Of a stretch of DNA of 64,000 nucleotides, positions 26,989-37,110 are shown one piece after another. Source of the DNA: Candidatus Latescibacterota bacterium (GTDB taxonomy: Bacteria; Latescibacterota; UBA2968; UBA8231); NCBI GenBank assembly GCA_965203175.1, contig OZ241867.1:2464001-2528000 (forward strand). The letters are read 5' to 3'. A program made the translations under genes and the position numbers. Each line of letters opens with the position of its first letter. The first letter of the stretch is position 1. The notes below the pieces were generated by a model that worked only from the letters and a program-made list of their open reading frames with translations, ran no database searches and was not told the DNA's origin.

Positions 26989-27984
26989 TCAGCGGATGCC
27001 TTGCTCTAGATGGTAAATCTTGAGCTTGAGCGAGGCCGAGCGGGATTTCCAATTTTCTAGCAGGGCTACCGCCTGCTGCCCTGCTTGGCCGTCGAGTCTC
27101 CCACTTAACCCGACTAATAGCTGTGCTAGGCGGACCACCTTGTCTTCGGAGGCATCGGAGGTGAGCCGCTCGAAGTGACCGATTAAATCGGCATCCAATG
27201 AGGTGTCGGCTCGCTGGGCTATCCCGTGCAGAAAGCGGGCGTGGCTGCGGGCGAAGGCCGCGTCCTCGCTGCACTTACTGAGCAAGTGGCGCAGCAGCTT
27301 GGCCGATGGAACCTCTTGGAGAACCTCAATGGCTATCCGCGCCGCCTGTTGCCAGACGCGGGTTTGTGCAGTCGAAACCATGGTTTGGGGCAGTCCAGCC
27401 TCGACGAAGAGCGAGAAGAGCGGTATCTGCGGCAAGTGCGCCAAGAACGCGCGCAATAGGTCCTCGTTGGGGTCGCACTTGAGGAGGCAATCGACTGCAT
27501 AGGGCACCATAGAGGGATGGGTGCGGTGAATTTTGTCTAGGAGTACGGCCGCGATGTCGGCAGGGAGGTCTGTGGCAAGTGCCGCGGTGATCGGCGCGAG
27601 AGTCTGGCGGCTGATCGGCACGCCCTGCGCCGCTTCGCGGGCGACCGCGCGCTCTTTGCTGGTTAGGAACTGGGCGACCTCGTCGCACTGGCGCAGCGCT
27701 TGCACCAAAGCCGCAGCCGGGCGGGGATCGTGCTCTTTGTGCGCCAGTCGCACGATCCGGCGCAGCATGCTCAGCGAAGACAGCCAGGAGCGATGATGGC
27801 TCAAAATGTCGATGGCCGCTAGCCGTCGGCTGTCGTCCGAGTCCTCGGCGATGGCCAAGAGCTGCTCCAAATCGTCTGCGCTGAGCACCAGTGGTTGGGC
27901 CTGTTCGCCGTGGAGCAACTGGTCCAGCGATGTTTCGGCGACCGGCGCAGCCTCTTCGCGCAAGTCGCGGATGTCCAACACCAT
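26989..27984 (-). CDS. Hypothetical all-alpha (HEAT-like) protein
   Basis: Long ORF of amphipathic helices; ATG 27984 follows an AGAGGA RBS. Confidence 0.7.
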   Translation of the reverse strand: MVLDIRDLREEAAPVAETSLDQLLHGEQAQPLVLSADDLEQLLAIAEDSDDSRRLAAIDILSHHRSWLSSLSMLRRIVRLAHKEHDPRPAAALVQALRQCDEVAQFLTSKERAVAREAAQGVPISRQTLAPITAALATDLPADIAAVLLDKIHRTHPSMVPYAVDCLLKCDPNEDLLRAFLAHLPQIPLFSLFVEAGLPQTMVSTAQTRVWQQAARIAIEVLQEVPSAKLLRHLLSKCSEDAAFARSHARFLHGIAQRADTSLDADLIGHFERLTSDASEDKVVRLAQLLVGLSGRLDGQAGQQAVALLENWKSRSASLKLKIYHLEQGIR

Positions 27985-28154
27985 AGGTTTTTGATCCTCT
28001 AGCGGTGCCCAAACGAGCAGCACAACTAGCTAAATTAACGGAAGCTACTCTATGAAATATGCAAGGGGAAAGTTCAGAAATTTATCGTGGGGATATCAAA
28101 CGTAAAACCCACTCCGCGATAAAGCAAGCGAAAATATTGCTCTCTCTTTGCAGC

Positions 28155-28604
28155 CTATGGGGACGCGCTGGCGACCTCCAGGCTGAAGGGGTCGGATTCG
28201 TCCGCCAAGCGCACATTTAAGACCCAGTCGCCGTCAATCGCGATCCAGATCTTGCGCCGCACCCGAATTCCGTCGGTCGTATGTGGCAAGAGGACCACGT
28301 CGAATTCCACTTCTCTACCGGCTGGCAGAACCCCGCCCGAAACCTCCACTCGCTGGCCGGCTGGCACGCGGGTGCGCACGATCCGCGGTGCGTCCGCATC
28401 GATCTCGTTAAGGTATGCCACCTCAAGATCGTAGGCTGTGTGGTTAGCGACCAAAACAGTCCCGTCCCGTCCGGCGGGTTCGGGGGGCGTAGGCGCAGGA
28501 GGTGCGGTGGGTGCTTTGCCGCCGCAACTGCTGAGCAGCCAAGCGGTTAGCAATAGCGCGGCTCTTACTGCGCCGCGACGTGGATCAATGCTTGGGCGAT
28601 CCAT
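28155..28604 (-). CDS. Putative lipoprotein
   Basis: Hydrophobic stretch with lipobox LSSC, Pro-rich linker, small beta domain. True start may be slightly downstream. Confidence 0.7.
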   Translation of the reverse strand: MDRPSIDPRRGAVRAALLLTAWLLSSCGGKAPTAPPAPTPPEPAGRDGTVLVANHTAYDLEVAYLNEIDADAPRIVRTRVPAGQRVEVSGGVLPAGREVEFDVVLLPHTTDGIRVRRKIWIAIDGDWVLNVRLADESDPFSLEVASASP

Positions 28605-29947
28605 TCTACCTCGTCGTCGTGCACAGTGCGCATGTCGAGCAGGAGCCGCTCGCGGGTGATGCGACCGACTACGCCCTGCCGCCTGAGTTGGCGACCTAGC
28701 TGCTCGACTCGGATCGCGTCTGGCTGGAGGGCCACGGCTCGGCTGGGGATCTCGGCTAGGGGTAGGGACCCGCTGCCGGCTTGGGCCAGCGATTCGACCA
28801 CTTCGAGGCGGAGGGCGCGGCAGCTCGGCTCGGGCAAGAGGGACAACAGTCTTTGGGCGCGCTCCTCCAGCGTCTCAACCGTTGCCCGCAGCATGACCAG
28901 CGCTGGCAGGGCCTGCGTTAGCCTGTCTGGCGGCAGGCGATAGAGCGACAACACTGCTTCGAGCGCGGCGTAGATCAGCTTGTCGCAGCGCAGGGCGCGC
29001 ATCAGCGGATTTTGGCGCACTTGCTCCACATAGGGGCGCTGGCCGGCGATGATACCGGCTTGCGGCCCGCCCAGCACTTTGTCGCCGCTGAAGCTGACTA
29101 CAGCCGCCCCGCCCTTGAGACTGGAGGCGACTACCGGCTCGGGTGGCAGCCCCCACTGCTCCAGATCAACTAGGGCACCGCTGCCTAAATCGTGGACCAG
29201 CGGTACTCCCCCTCGCTGGCTCAGAGCGGCCAAGTCCTTTAGGTCCACCTCGGCGGTAAAGCCCTGTACCCTGTAATTACTCGGATGCACCACTAAAATG
29301 GCGCCGGTTTCCGGGCCGACAGCGCGCTCGTAGTCGCGCAAGTGCGTGCGGTTGGTCGTGCCGATCTCGCGCAGTTTGGCTCCGCTGGCCGCGATGATAT
29401 CGGGCAGGCGGAATGAGCCGCCGATTTCGACCTGTTGTCCCCGCGAGACCACCACTTCCCGTCCCCGCGCCAAGGTGTCGAGCAGCAGGAGCACGGCGGC
29501 GGCGTTGTTGTTGACCACGGCGGCAGCTTCCGCAGCGGTCATCGAGCATATAAGAGATTCAACGTGCGCGACGCGCTCGCCGCGTTTGCCCGACTCCAGC
29601 TCGAATTCGAGGTTGCAATAGCCGGTGGTCACCCGCGCGACGGCTTCTTGGGCCGCTCGGGGTAGCGGCGCACGGCCCAAGCCAGTGTGCAGCACCACGC
29701 CGGTGGCGTTGACGACGCGGTGCAGCCGGGGCGTGGCCTCTTGTTCGATGCAGCGGCGCACGGCCTGCTCGATCCGCGCGTCCAAGGCCGCTCGCTCCTC
29801 GTCCACAGTGCCCGCCCGCACTTGGCGACGCACATCCGCAATGCAGCGGCGCACCTGTTCGACGACATAGGCGCGGTCGTACTCTTGCAAGAGATCGGCG
29901 ACCTGATTCAGCATCTGATCTACCGAGGGCAGGCCAGCTTCATTCAT
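28565..29947 (-). CDS. selA: L-seryl-tRNA(Sec) selenium transferase
   Basis: VNATGVVLHTGLGRAPL, VVNNNAAA, SRGQQVEIGGSFR, GTTNRTH, DLGSG, FSGDKVLGGPQAG, RALRCDK. Confidence 0.96.
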   Translation of the reverse strand: MNEAGLPSVDQMLNQVADLLQEYDRAYVVEQVRRCIADVRRQVRAGTVDEERAALDARIEQAVRRCIEQEATPRLHRVVNATGVVLHTGLGRAPLPRAAQEAVARVTTGYCNLEFELESGKRGERVAHVESLICSMTAAEAAAVVNNNAAAVLLLLDTLARGREVVVSRGQQVEIGGSFRLPDIIAASGAKLREIGTTNRTHLRDYERAVGPETGAILVVHPSNYRVQGFTAEVDLKDLAALSQRGGVPLVHDLGSGALVDLEQWGLPPEPVVASSLKGGAAVVSFSGDKVLGGPQAGIIAGQRPYVEQVRQNPLMRALRCDKLIYAALEAVLSLYRLPPDRLTQALPALVMLRATVETLEERAQRLLSLLPEPSCRALRLEVVESLAQAGSGSLPLAEIPSRAVALQPDAIRVEQLGRQLRRQGVVGRITRERLLLDMRTVHDDEVEWIAQALIHVAAQ

Positions 29948-30064
29948 GAAGGCGAAGTATAGGTTGCCCCTCTGTCGCCAGCAAGTAACCTTTGCGCTAT
30001 AGTCTTAATAACCTTATACTTGCAAGACCCCTTCCCCTGTTGTCTAATTCCAATATTTAGGTCT

Positions 30065-32068
30065 ATGTCGCGCCCGGTCTATATCCTGGTGGCGCTGCTT
30101 TTGTGTGCTTTTGCAATTGACGCCGCCGAGCGCAGGAGTCCAATCGTCCACGTGGTCAAACGAGGGGATACTCTGTCTGAGATTGCCGCGCGCTACCGAG
30201 TCTCGCAGAAGCAAATCAAGCGCTGGAACAAGCTCGGCAGCAATAGGATATACGCTGGCCAGAGCCTCAAAGTTGGCCTGCCAGTGCGAAGCGGCGATTG
30301 GTATCGCGTCCGGCGCGGCGATACCCTCTCAAAAATTGCTCGGCAGTTCGCCGTCCCGGTCTATAAGCTCAAGGCGCTCAACCGCCTCAATGGGAACGTC
30401 ATCCACGTCGGGCAGAAGCTTCGCTTGCAAACGGCCACTCCCACTCGGAGTGCCTCGATCGACGACAACGACGAAGAGCCGAGCGAGTACACGGTTCGCC
30501 GGGGCGATACCCTGTCGAAAATCGCCCTGCGATTTGACGTGGGCTTGGGTTTCCTGCGCCAGCTCAACAAGCTCAAAAGCGACCTCATTCGGCCCGGACA
30601 AAAGCTCCGCCTACGCGCTTCGCGGTTAGAGGAAGCCGTCCACGTGGTAAAAGAGGATGAAACCCTGACCGAGATTGCTCGGCGCTACCGAGTCTCAGTC
30701 AGCCAGTTGCAGCGCCTCAACGGTCTTGTTGGCGACCGGATTCTCATCGGGCAGAAGCTCCGCCTCAAGGACGCGGAGAGCACGGTACACATCGTGGAAC
30801 GCGGGGACGCGCTGTGGGAGATTGCCCGCGCGTATGGCATCAGCGTCTATCGTCTCAAGATACTCAATGGTCTCAGGTCGAACCGCATCTACCCAGGCCA
30901 GAAGCTCAAGCTCTACCCAGACGGGAAGCTTGAACCGAGTACCGCGTCGGCCGGCCCGCGACTGGCCACGTACGTGGTGCAGCGGGGCGATTACCTAGGC
31001 CAGATCGCTCGGCTACACCAGATGAGCGTGGCTGAGATCACCCGCATCAACAAACTAAAGAAGAACGCCGTCATTCACCCAGGAGACCGGCTCAAGGTGC
31101 GGCCAATGCGCTGGGTAGAATTGTCTGAAATTGACTGGGACGATCTGCAGATCCGCCGCTCTGACACGCCGAAAATTGTATCCGACAACGGCCCGTACTA
31201 CTTCTCTCGGCCCCGTAATAAGCGCCAGCCGAGCAAGAAATATTTCGAAGACCATCCAAGCTCGCCGCGTCAGACGTATCGCCAAGCAGCGCGTCTGTGG
31301 CGGGAATTCGAGCACAAGGTCGGGCGCATGGGGCGCTTGAGTTCTCGGTTGGAAGGCTGGCACATCGTCCTCGACCCAGGCCACGGCGGGCTGGACCCGG
31401 GTGCAATAGTTTCTGCTCGCGACGGCAACGGCAAAAGGCTCTATGTCGTCGAGGACGAGTACGTCTTCGACATCGCGCTGCGGGTCTATGTCTTGGCGCG
31501 CTTGCACGGGGCCCAAGTCACCATGACCCTACTCAGCCCCAACCACCTAATCCGCCAAAGCGAGCCGCCGACCCAGACCTTTGTCCACGAAAAGAACGAA
31601 GTGTACAACTTGGCCGCTTACAACCAGACCAACAAGCTCAGCGCTTGGCCGCGCGGCAGCAATCTTTCGACTCGCGTGCGCATTGCTCGCCAGGCCTTTG
31701 CCAAAGCCCCACGGGGCCGGCGCATCTTTGTCTCTCTCCACGCCGATAGCGAGCCCAAGGCCCCAGAAGCACCGCTGGTCCTATACTACAGAAGCAGCAA
31801 GAGCGGGCGCATAGATCGCGTCTCGCGCCAGTTTGCCCGCTCCCTGCTCCCGGCATTAGGAGCCGGTGCCCGCATGCGCGGACAGAACCTAGGGGTCTTG
31901 CGCAACAATCCCGCCGACGTCAAGGTCCTCATCGAAGTGCGCAACATGGCGTACCGGGACCACGTCTGGGCCCTGCGCTTTGAGGATCTGCGCCACCGCG
32001 ACGCCGAAAAGGTGGTGCGCGGCCTCCTAGACCACGCAAGGCGCGCCTCGCTCCGCGCTAGCCACTAA
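30065..32068 (+). CDS. N-acetylmuramoyl-L-alanine amidase (Amidase_3) with six LysM domains
   Basis: Signal peptide. Six V..GDTL..IA-type LysM units, then IVLDPGHGG.DPGA, FVSLHAD, VLIEV. Confidence 0.92.
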   Translation: MSRPVYILVALLLCAFAIDAAERRSPIVHVVKRGDTLSEIAARYRVSQKQIKRWNKLGSNRIYAGQSLKVGLPVRSGDWYRVRRGDTLSKIARQFAVPVYKLKALNRLNGNVIHVGQKLRLQTATPTRSASIDDNDEEPSEYTVRRGDTLSKIALRFDVGLGFLRQLNKLKSDLIRPGQKLRLRASRLEEAVHVVKEDETLTEIARRYRVSVSQLQRLNGLVGDRILIGQKLRLKDAESTVHIVERGDALWEIARAYGISVYRLKILNGLRSNRIYPGQKLKLYPDGKLEPSTASAGPRLATYVVQRGDYLGQIARLHQMSVAEITRINKLKKNAVIHPGDRLKVRPMRWVELSEIDWDDLQIRRSDTPKIVSDNGPYYFSRPRNKRQPSKKYFEDHPSSPRQTYRQAARLWREFEHKVGRMGRLSSRLEGWHIVLDPGHGGLDPGAIVSARDGNGKRLYVVEDEYVFDIALRVYVLARLHGAQVTMTLLSPNHLIRQSEPPTQTFVHEKNEVYNLAAYNQTNKLSAWPRGSNLSTRVRIARQAFAKAPRGRRIFVSLHADSEPKAPEAPLVLYYRSSKSGRIDRVSRQFARSLLPALGAGARMRGQNLGVLRNNPADVKVLIEVRNMAYRDHVWALRFEDLRHRDAEKVVRGLLDHARRASLRASH

Positions 32069-32072
32069 ACGC

Positions 32073-32110
32073 AAAAAAAGCTCCGGGAGCGTTCGTCCCG
32101 GAGCTTTTTT
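32073..32110. terminator. Bidirectional intrinsic terminator
   Basis: A7-GCTCCGGGA-loop-TCCCGGAGC-T6. Confidence 0.9.
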
Positions 32111-32131
32111 ACCTGGGTTGTGCTGTATGTG

Positions 32132-32383
32132 CTAAAAAGGTCGTTCCGCAATCAGCCGTTTAGCGGCCTTGCGGACGACTTCGGGTTCGAGGCCGGCCAA
32201 CTCGCACCAAGGATCGATCCTAGAGCTTTCGACAAAGGCCATCTCCGGGGTACCATCGGGCGTTTCCACGACCTCATCCATCTTGGATATTTCGCGTAAA
32301 GTACTGAGAATCATAGCGTTAGCAAGGCGTCGATAAGCCATCGCAATGCGTTCCACTTGGGCGATATCCTGATCTGTTCTCAT
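32132..32383 (-). CDS. Small hypothetical protein (83 aa)
   Basis: AGGAAG RBS, own AT-rich upstream region, ends at the bidirectional terminator. Confidence 0.7.
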   Translation of the reverse strand: MRTDQDIAQVERIAMAYRRLANAMILSTLREISKMDEVVETPDGTPEMAFVESSRIDPWCELAGLEPEVVRKAAKRLIAERPF

Positions 32384-32624
32384 AGCACTTCCTGCGGGGT
32401 TAAAGGGTATATGAAATGCGGTAAATAATGGGTTTAGGGTACTTCACTTCGCCTAAAAGGGTTTCCCTTCCTTTCTATAGACAAAAGAGTAGTGTTTGCC
32501 GTCTTAGCTATCTATATGGTAAGAAATTTTCGCGCAAAATTTTCAAAAAAATAACATGTGCGAAAAAAAAATAATCGCCGCACCTATGGGCGCAGCAGCT
32601 ATACTCTCTGTAACTCTTTTTTTT

Positions 32625-33644
32625 CTATATGGTTAGAGGTTCTTCTTGTCGCACGGCGCGCCCCTCGGCAGCAGCCCGGTAGAGTCGGTAAATCCACTCG
32701 ATAGTCTCCAAAGCCTCCCGTCCAAGCGAATAAGGGGTGCCCGCGCCGGCTAGGCCGCGCAAAAAATCGGCCCACTCCAGCTCCCACGAGCGATCCTCGC
32801 CTGGGTAGTCAAAGCACTCGCTGTCCGGCGCGCGACCTTGGGGATTGCGCCGCCCCACGACGGCGCGTTCCGGCCCGTAGGTTCCCCCCAAGCCCTCGGC
32901 GGAGACATAGCCATCGCGTCCGAAAACCTCGAAGCTGAAGAGGTTTTTCCACTGCGTCCAACTCGCGTGTAGCGAGGCGATCTGCCCAGTGGCCGTGCGA
33001 AAGAGTCCGTAGGCGTTGTCCTCCACGGGTGAATCCCAGAAATGGGTCTCGGCATAGCCTGCGACTTCGGCAAAGTCCCCCAAGAGCCACTTGGCCAAGT
33101 CGATTAGATGCGCTCCTTGATCTAAAAGCTCGCCGCCGCCCGCCTTCGCGGGGTTTGTCCGCCACTCGCGGTCGTAACCGGGCCGCCCGCCGTGGCCATA
33201 GCGCGCCCGGATGCTCAGCAGCGGACCGATCTCGCCCGCCGTGCAGACCTCGTGCAGCTTTTGGATGGCGGGGTGATAGCGGTGATTGTAGCCGACCTTG
33301 AGCACGCGCCCGCTCTGCTCAGCCGCGGCGACGGCCTGTCGGGCTTCTTGGGGATTGCGTCCCAGCGGCTTTTCGCACAAGACGTGTTTGCCGGCCAAGA
33401 GGGCGGCGGTGCTGATGGGGGCCAATGCGTCGTGCGTCGTCGCGACCACCGCGATGTCGAGATCGGCCGCGATTAGCTCCTCCCGCGAAGCCGCCACTGC
33501 GGCCCCGCATTCGGCGGCCAATTCGGCCGCGGCGGCCGCGTGCTCGTCGTAGATCAGGGTTACTGCGGACGCGGGATGGGCGTGGGCCGTGGCCGCCCGC
33601 CGCTGCCCCATGCGCCCCGCTCCGACGATCCCCACTTTGTACAC
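32625..33644 (-). CDS. Gfo/Idh/MocA-family oxidoreductase
   Basis: VGIVGAGRMG, HVLCEKP, VGYNHRYHP, GGGELLDQGAH. Confidence 0.93.
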   Translation of the reverse strand: MYKVGIVGAGRMGQRRAATAHAHPASAVTLIYDEHAAAAAELAAECGAAVAASREELIAADLDIAVVATTHDALAPISTAALLAGKHVLCEKPLGRNPQEARQAVAAAEQSGRVLKVGYNHRYHPAIQKLHEVCTAGEIGPLLSIRARYGHGGRPGYDREWRTNPAKAGGGELLDQGAHLIDLAKWLLGDFAEVAGYAETHFWDSPVEDNAYGLFRTATGQIASLHASWTQWKNLFSFEVFGRDGYVSAEGLGGTYGPERAVVGRRNPQGRAPDSECFDYPGEDRSWELEWADFLRGLAGAGTPYSLGREALETIEWIYRLYRAAAEGRAVRQEEPLTI

Positions 33645-34475
33645 TCAGTCCTCCTGCTGTTGGACGCGCCGCACGGCAAAGGCCTCCGTGGCCATAATCG
33701 CCTCGACATCGAAGGTTTCCCACGGATCCCAAACCGCTGACAGCAGCCGCCCCGTCAGCCCGTCTGAGCGCGCCGAAGCCAGATAGACTGCCAGCGCGGC
33801 CGGCCGCTCGCCTGTAGCGTCGCCCTCGCGCAGTAGGCGCTGATCCTGCTCCCGTTCCTGGGGACTCACGGCCGCGCCGGCCGCTAGCCGTTGGTCGAGC
33901 ATCCGCGTGTTGACCGCTCCGGGGGCAATGGTGTTGACGTCAATGCCGTGCCCAGCCACTTCTCCAGCCAAGTTCTCGCTAAAGCGCACGACTGCGGCCT
34001 TGGAGGCGCTATACGCGCTAAAGAAGGGCCGCGGCCCCACCGCGCCGCCGCCCGAGAGGTTGATGATCTTGCCGTGGTGCTGGGCGATCATGGCCGGCAA
34101 GACCTTGCGGGTGCAGTAGAAACAGCCGCCGAGGTTGATCTGTACCACCTGTATCCAAGCGTCTGGGTCGACCTCTTCCACCCGCCCTATAGGCCCCTGA
34201 ATTCCCGCGTTGTTGACCAGCACATCAACCCCACCCCAAGCTGCGAGCACGCGCTCAATGGCCGCATCTGCTTCCTCGCGCCGCCCCACATCCGCCTGTA
34301 GTTTTAACGCTGCTTGGCCTTGGTCTGCCAAAAGCGCGGCTGTCTCGTCTAGCTCTGATCCGGTGCGGGCCAAGATCGCCACGCGTGCCCCTTCCCGCGC
34401 CAAGGCCAAAGCAATGGCCCGGCCAATGCCGCGCCCTCCACCCGTCACTAGGCAACGCCTGCCTATTAGCTCCAT
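33645..34475 (-). CDS. Short-chain dehydrogenase/reductase
   Basis: TGGGRGIG, NNAG, YSASK. ATG 34475 follows a GGAGGAG RBS. Confidence 0.93.
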   Translation of the reverse strand: MELIGRRCLVTGGGRGIGRAIALALAREGARVAILARTGSELDETAALLADQGQAALKLQADVGRREEADAAIERVLAAWGGVDVLVNNAGIQGPIGRVEEVDPDAWIQVVQINLGGCFYCTRKVLPAMIAQHHGKIINLSGGGAVGPRPFFSAYSASKAAVVRFSENLAGEVAGHGIDVNTIAPGAVNTRMLDQRLAAGAAVSPQEREQDQRLLREGDATGERPAALAVYLASARSDGLTGRLLSAVWDPWETFDVEAIMATEAFAVRRVQQQED

Positions 34476-34606
34476 ATCGCGCTCCTCCGTCGCTTGAGCA
34501 AATATGGGGTGTTGGCTTGTTCTTGCCAAAGGCCAACAGGCCCGTCGTTGACCTAGCGTACCATTCACCCTAAATTAGTGTGCATACATCTTAGCGAGCC
34601 TATTCG

Positions 34607-36055
34607 ATGTCCCTGCCCAGTACTGCATCCGACCTCAAAGCGCTCTGCCTCCACATCAATGCCCATTGTCCCGCCGGTGGCCTTTTTGAAGGCGACCGCA
34701 CGCATCTCCACCCGGACAGCAATCTGCCGTGGCGCATTGCCCCAGAGCCGTTCTGGCTCTCGCCGGCGCAATATCGCTACCTAGACCAACTCGGCGGCGT
34801 CCTACATCAGTTTTACAAGGCCTCCAACCAGCTCTACCACCAGAGCGTCAAAGGCGTTGAGCCGCCTTGGATTCACGAGTACTTGGACTTGGGCAAACCC
34901 AGTGCCGTGCGCGAAATGGGCCTCTGGAATCGCATCAAGTCCCAATTGCCCTTGGTCATCCGCCCAGACCTGCTGCTGACTGAGGACGGCTTCAAGTTAG
35001 TCGAGCTGGACGCCATCCCCGGCGGCATGGGCTTCACCGCCCAAGTCTCGGAGGTCTATGCCGACCTCGGCTACGACATCATCGGCGGTGCCCGCGGCCT
35101 GATTGACCCATTCTACGAAGCCATTGCCGCTGCCGCCAAGGTGGATGAGCCGCATTTTGCCCTCTTCGTTTCGGATGAGTCCGAGGCCTATCGCCGCGAA
35201 ATGGAATGGCTGGTCGAGCGCTTGCAGGCGGCCGGCAAACCGGCCCGCAGTGCCCACCCGCGCGAGGCCCGCTTTGACGAAAATGGCCTCTTCCTCCAAG
35301 GCGCGGACGATCCGGCCCCTTGGCGCATTGACGCGGCCTATCGCTTCTTCGAACTGTTCGACCTCAAAAACATTCCCAAGGCCGAGCTGTTTACCTATTT
35401 CACCAAGAAAAATGCCCTGTGCTTAACCCCGCCGCCGAAGGCATATCTCGAAGAAAAGCTCTGGTTGGCGTTCTACCACCATCCCGCGCTCAAATCCTAT
35501 TGGCGCCGCGCCTTGGGCAAGGAGCCTTTTGCCGCCTTGGACAGCTTGATCCCGCGCTCGTGGATTGTCGATGCGCGGCCGCTGCCGCCTCACGCCATTA
35601 TTCCCGGCCTCGACATAGGCGGCCAGCCCGTCAGCGACTGGCAGCAGTTGAAGCAGCTAACTAAGAAGCAGCGCGAACTGGTGCTCAAGCCCTCGGGTTT
35701 TTCCAACATAGCGTATGAGAGCAAGGGCGTGTCCATTGGCCACGATTTGTCCGAAGCTGAGTGGGCCGAGCGCGTGCAAGAGGCCCTCGATCGTTTTGAT
35801 CACCAGCCCTATATCTTGCAGGAATTCCACAAGGCCGCCCGCCGCACCGTGCGCTACTACGACTTTGAGCGCGACGAGGTTGTGCCCATGCGGGGCCGGG
35901 TGATGCTGCGTCCCTATTACTACGTCATCGGCGATGCGCCGCGCCTGTGCGGCATCCAAGCGCTAGTGTTTCCGGCCGACAAGAAGATCCTGCACGGCAT
36001 GGTTGACGCTGCGATTATGCCCTGTGCTGCGTCCGCGGAAAAATCCCTTTTCTGA
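34607..36055 (+). CDS. Glutathionylspermidine-synthase-like / circularly permuted ATP-grasp amide ligase
   Basis: IRPDLLL, LVELDAIPGG, LVLKPSG, YILQEF. Confidence 0.6.
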   Translation: MSLPSTASDLKALCLHINAHCPAGGLFEGDRTHLHPDSNLPWRIAPEPFWLSPAQYRYLDQLGGVLHQFYKASNQLYHQSVKGVEPPWIHEYLDLGKPSAVREMGLWNRIKSQLPLVIRPDLLLTEDGFKLVELDAIPGGMGFTAQVSEVYADLGYDIIGGARGLIDPFYEAIAAAAKVDEPHFALFVSDESEAYRREMEWLVERLQAAGKPARSAHPREARFDENGLFLQGADDPAPWRIDAAYRFFELFDLKNIPKAELFTYFTKKNALCLTPPPKAYLEEKLWLAFYHHPALKSYWRRALGKEPFAALDSLIPRSWIVDARPLPPHAIIPGLDIGGQPVSDWQQLKQLTKKQRELVLKPSGFSNIAYESKGVSIGHDLSEAEWAERVQEALDRFDHQPYILQEFHKAARRTVRYYDFERDEVVPMRGRVMLRPYYYVIGDAPRLCGIQALVFPADKKILHGMVDAAIMPCAASAEKSLF

Positions 36056-36060
36056 CCGCC

Positions 36061-37110
36061 ATGATTTCCCTAGACGAAAAACTAGCGCATCTCGAAGACA
36101 TTCTGCGTCCCATGAGGCAGGTGCTGGTCGGCTATTCGGGCGGGGTCGATAGCGCCACGCTGGCGGTGGCGGCCCAGCGGGTGTTGGGCGAGGGGGCCAT
36201 CTGCGTCACTGCGGACTCTGAGAGCTATGCTACCGGCGAGCTAGAGAAGGCCACTGAGATCACCCGCGAGTTCGGCATCCGCCACGAGGTGGTCAAGACC
36301 CGCGAGTTGGACAACCCCGACTACGCCAAAAATGCGCCCAATCGCTGCTACTACTGCAAGCAAGAGCTCTTCACCCACATGGAGCAGCTAGCGCGTACCC
36401 TCAATATCGGTTACATCCTCTACGGCCAAAACGCCGACGATATCGGCGATTTCCGCCCTGGGGCTGCGGCTGCCCGCGAGCGCGGCGTACACGCGCCCTT
36501 AGCCGAAGCGGGCCTGACCAAGGCGGACGTGCGCGCCCTAGCCAAGCGCTGGGGGCTGACGGTGTGGGACCGCCCGGCCATGGCTTGCCTCTCGTCGCGC
36601 TTCCCCTATGGCACGCCCGTTACCGCCGAGGGCCTGCGCCAAATCGACCGCGCCGAGCGCTATCTGCGCGAGGTCTGCGGCTTCGATCAGGTCCGCGCCC
36701 GCCACCACGAGACGCTGTCGCGCATTGAGTTGCCCGCTGAGGACTTGACGCGCCTGCTCGGCGACTCGGGTGCGCGCCGGTCTTTGCTGGAGCACTTGCG
36801 GGGAATTGGCTATCTGCAAACTACCGTCGATCTGTGCGGCTTCCGCTCCGGCAGCATGAACGAGGCGCTGCTCTCCATCGCCGACTCCGGTGCCGACGAG
36901 CCGCTCTTTGCGCGGGTCAACCCGCTGCTCGCAGCCCATTCGCTGCTGCCGGCCGCGTACGAGCAGCGCGACCAGATGCTCGTCCTGCGCTTGCCCACAG
37001 CAGCCATTGATCGCCTTGCTGAGGCCCCGTTGCGCTCAGCCCTAGTGGCCGCGTTCGCCGATTTGGGCTTGCGCTATATTGCCCTCGAATTAGACCCCTT
37101 GGATACATGA
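36061..37110 (+). CDS. larE: LarE-like PP-loop sulfur transferase with a C-terminal extension
   Basis: YSGGVDS, NRCYYCK, DFRPG, ACLSSRFPYG, GFRSGSMNE. Confidence 0.88.
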   Translation: MISLDEKLAHLEDILRPMRQVLVGYSGGVDSATLAVAAQRVLGEGAICVTADSESYATGELEKATEITREFGIRHEVVKTRELDNPDYAKNAPNRCYYCKQELFTHMEQLARTLNIGYILYGQNADDIGDFRPGAAAARERGVHAPLAEAGLTKADVRALAKRWGLTVWDRPAMACLSSRFPYGTPVTAEGLRQIDRAERYLREVCGFDQVRARHHETLSRIELPAEDLTRLLGDSGARRSLLEHLRGIGYLQTTVDLCGFRSGSMNEALLSIADSGADEPLFARVNPLLAAHSLLPAAYEQRDQMLVLRLPTAAIDRLAEAPLRSALVAAFADLGLRYIALELDPLDT

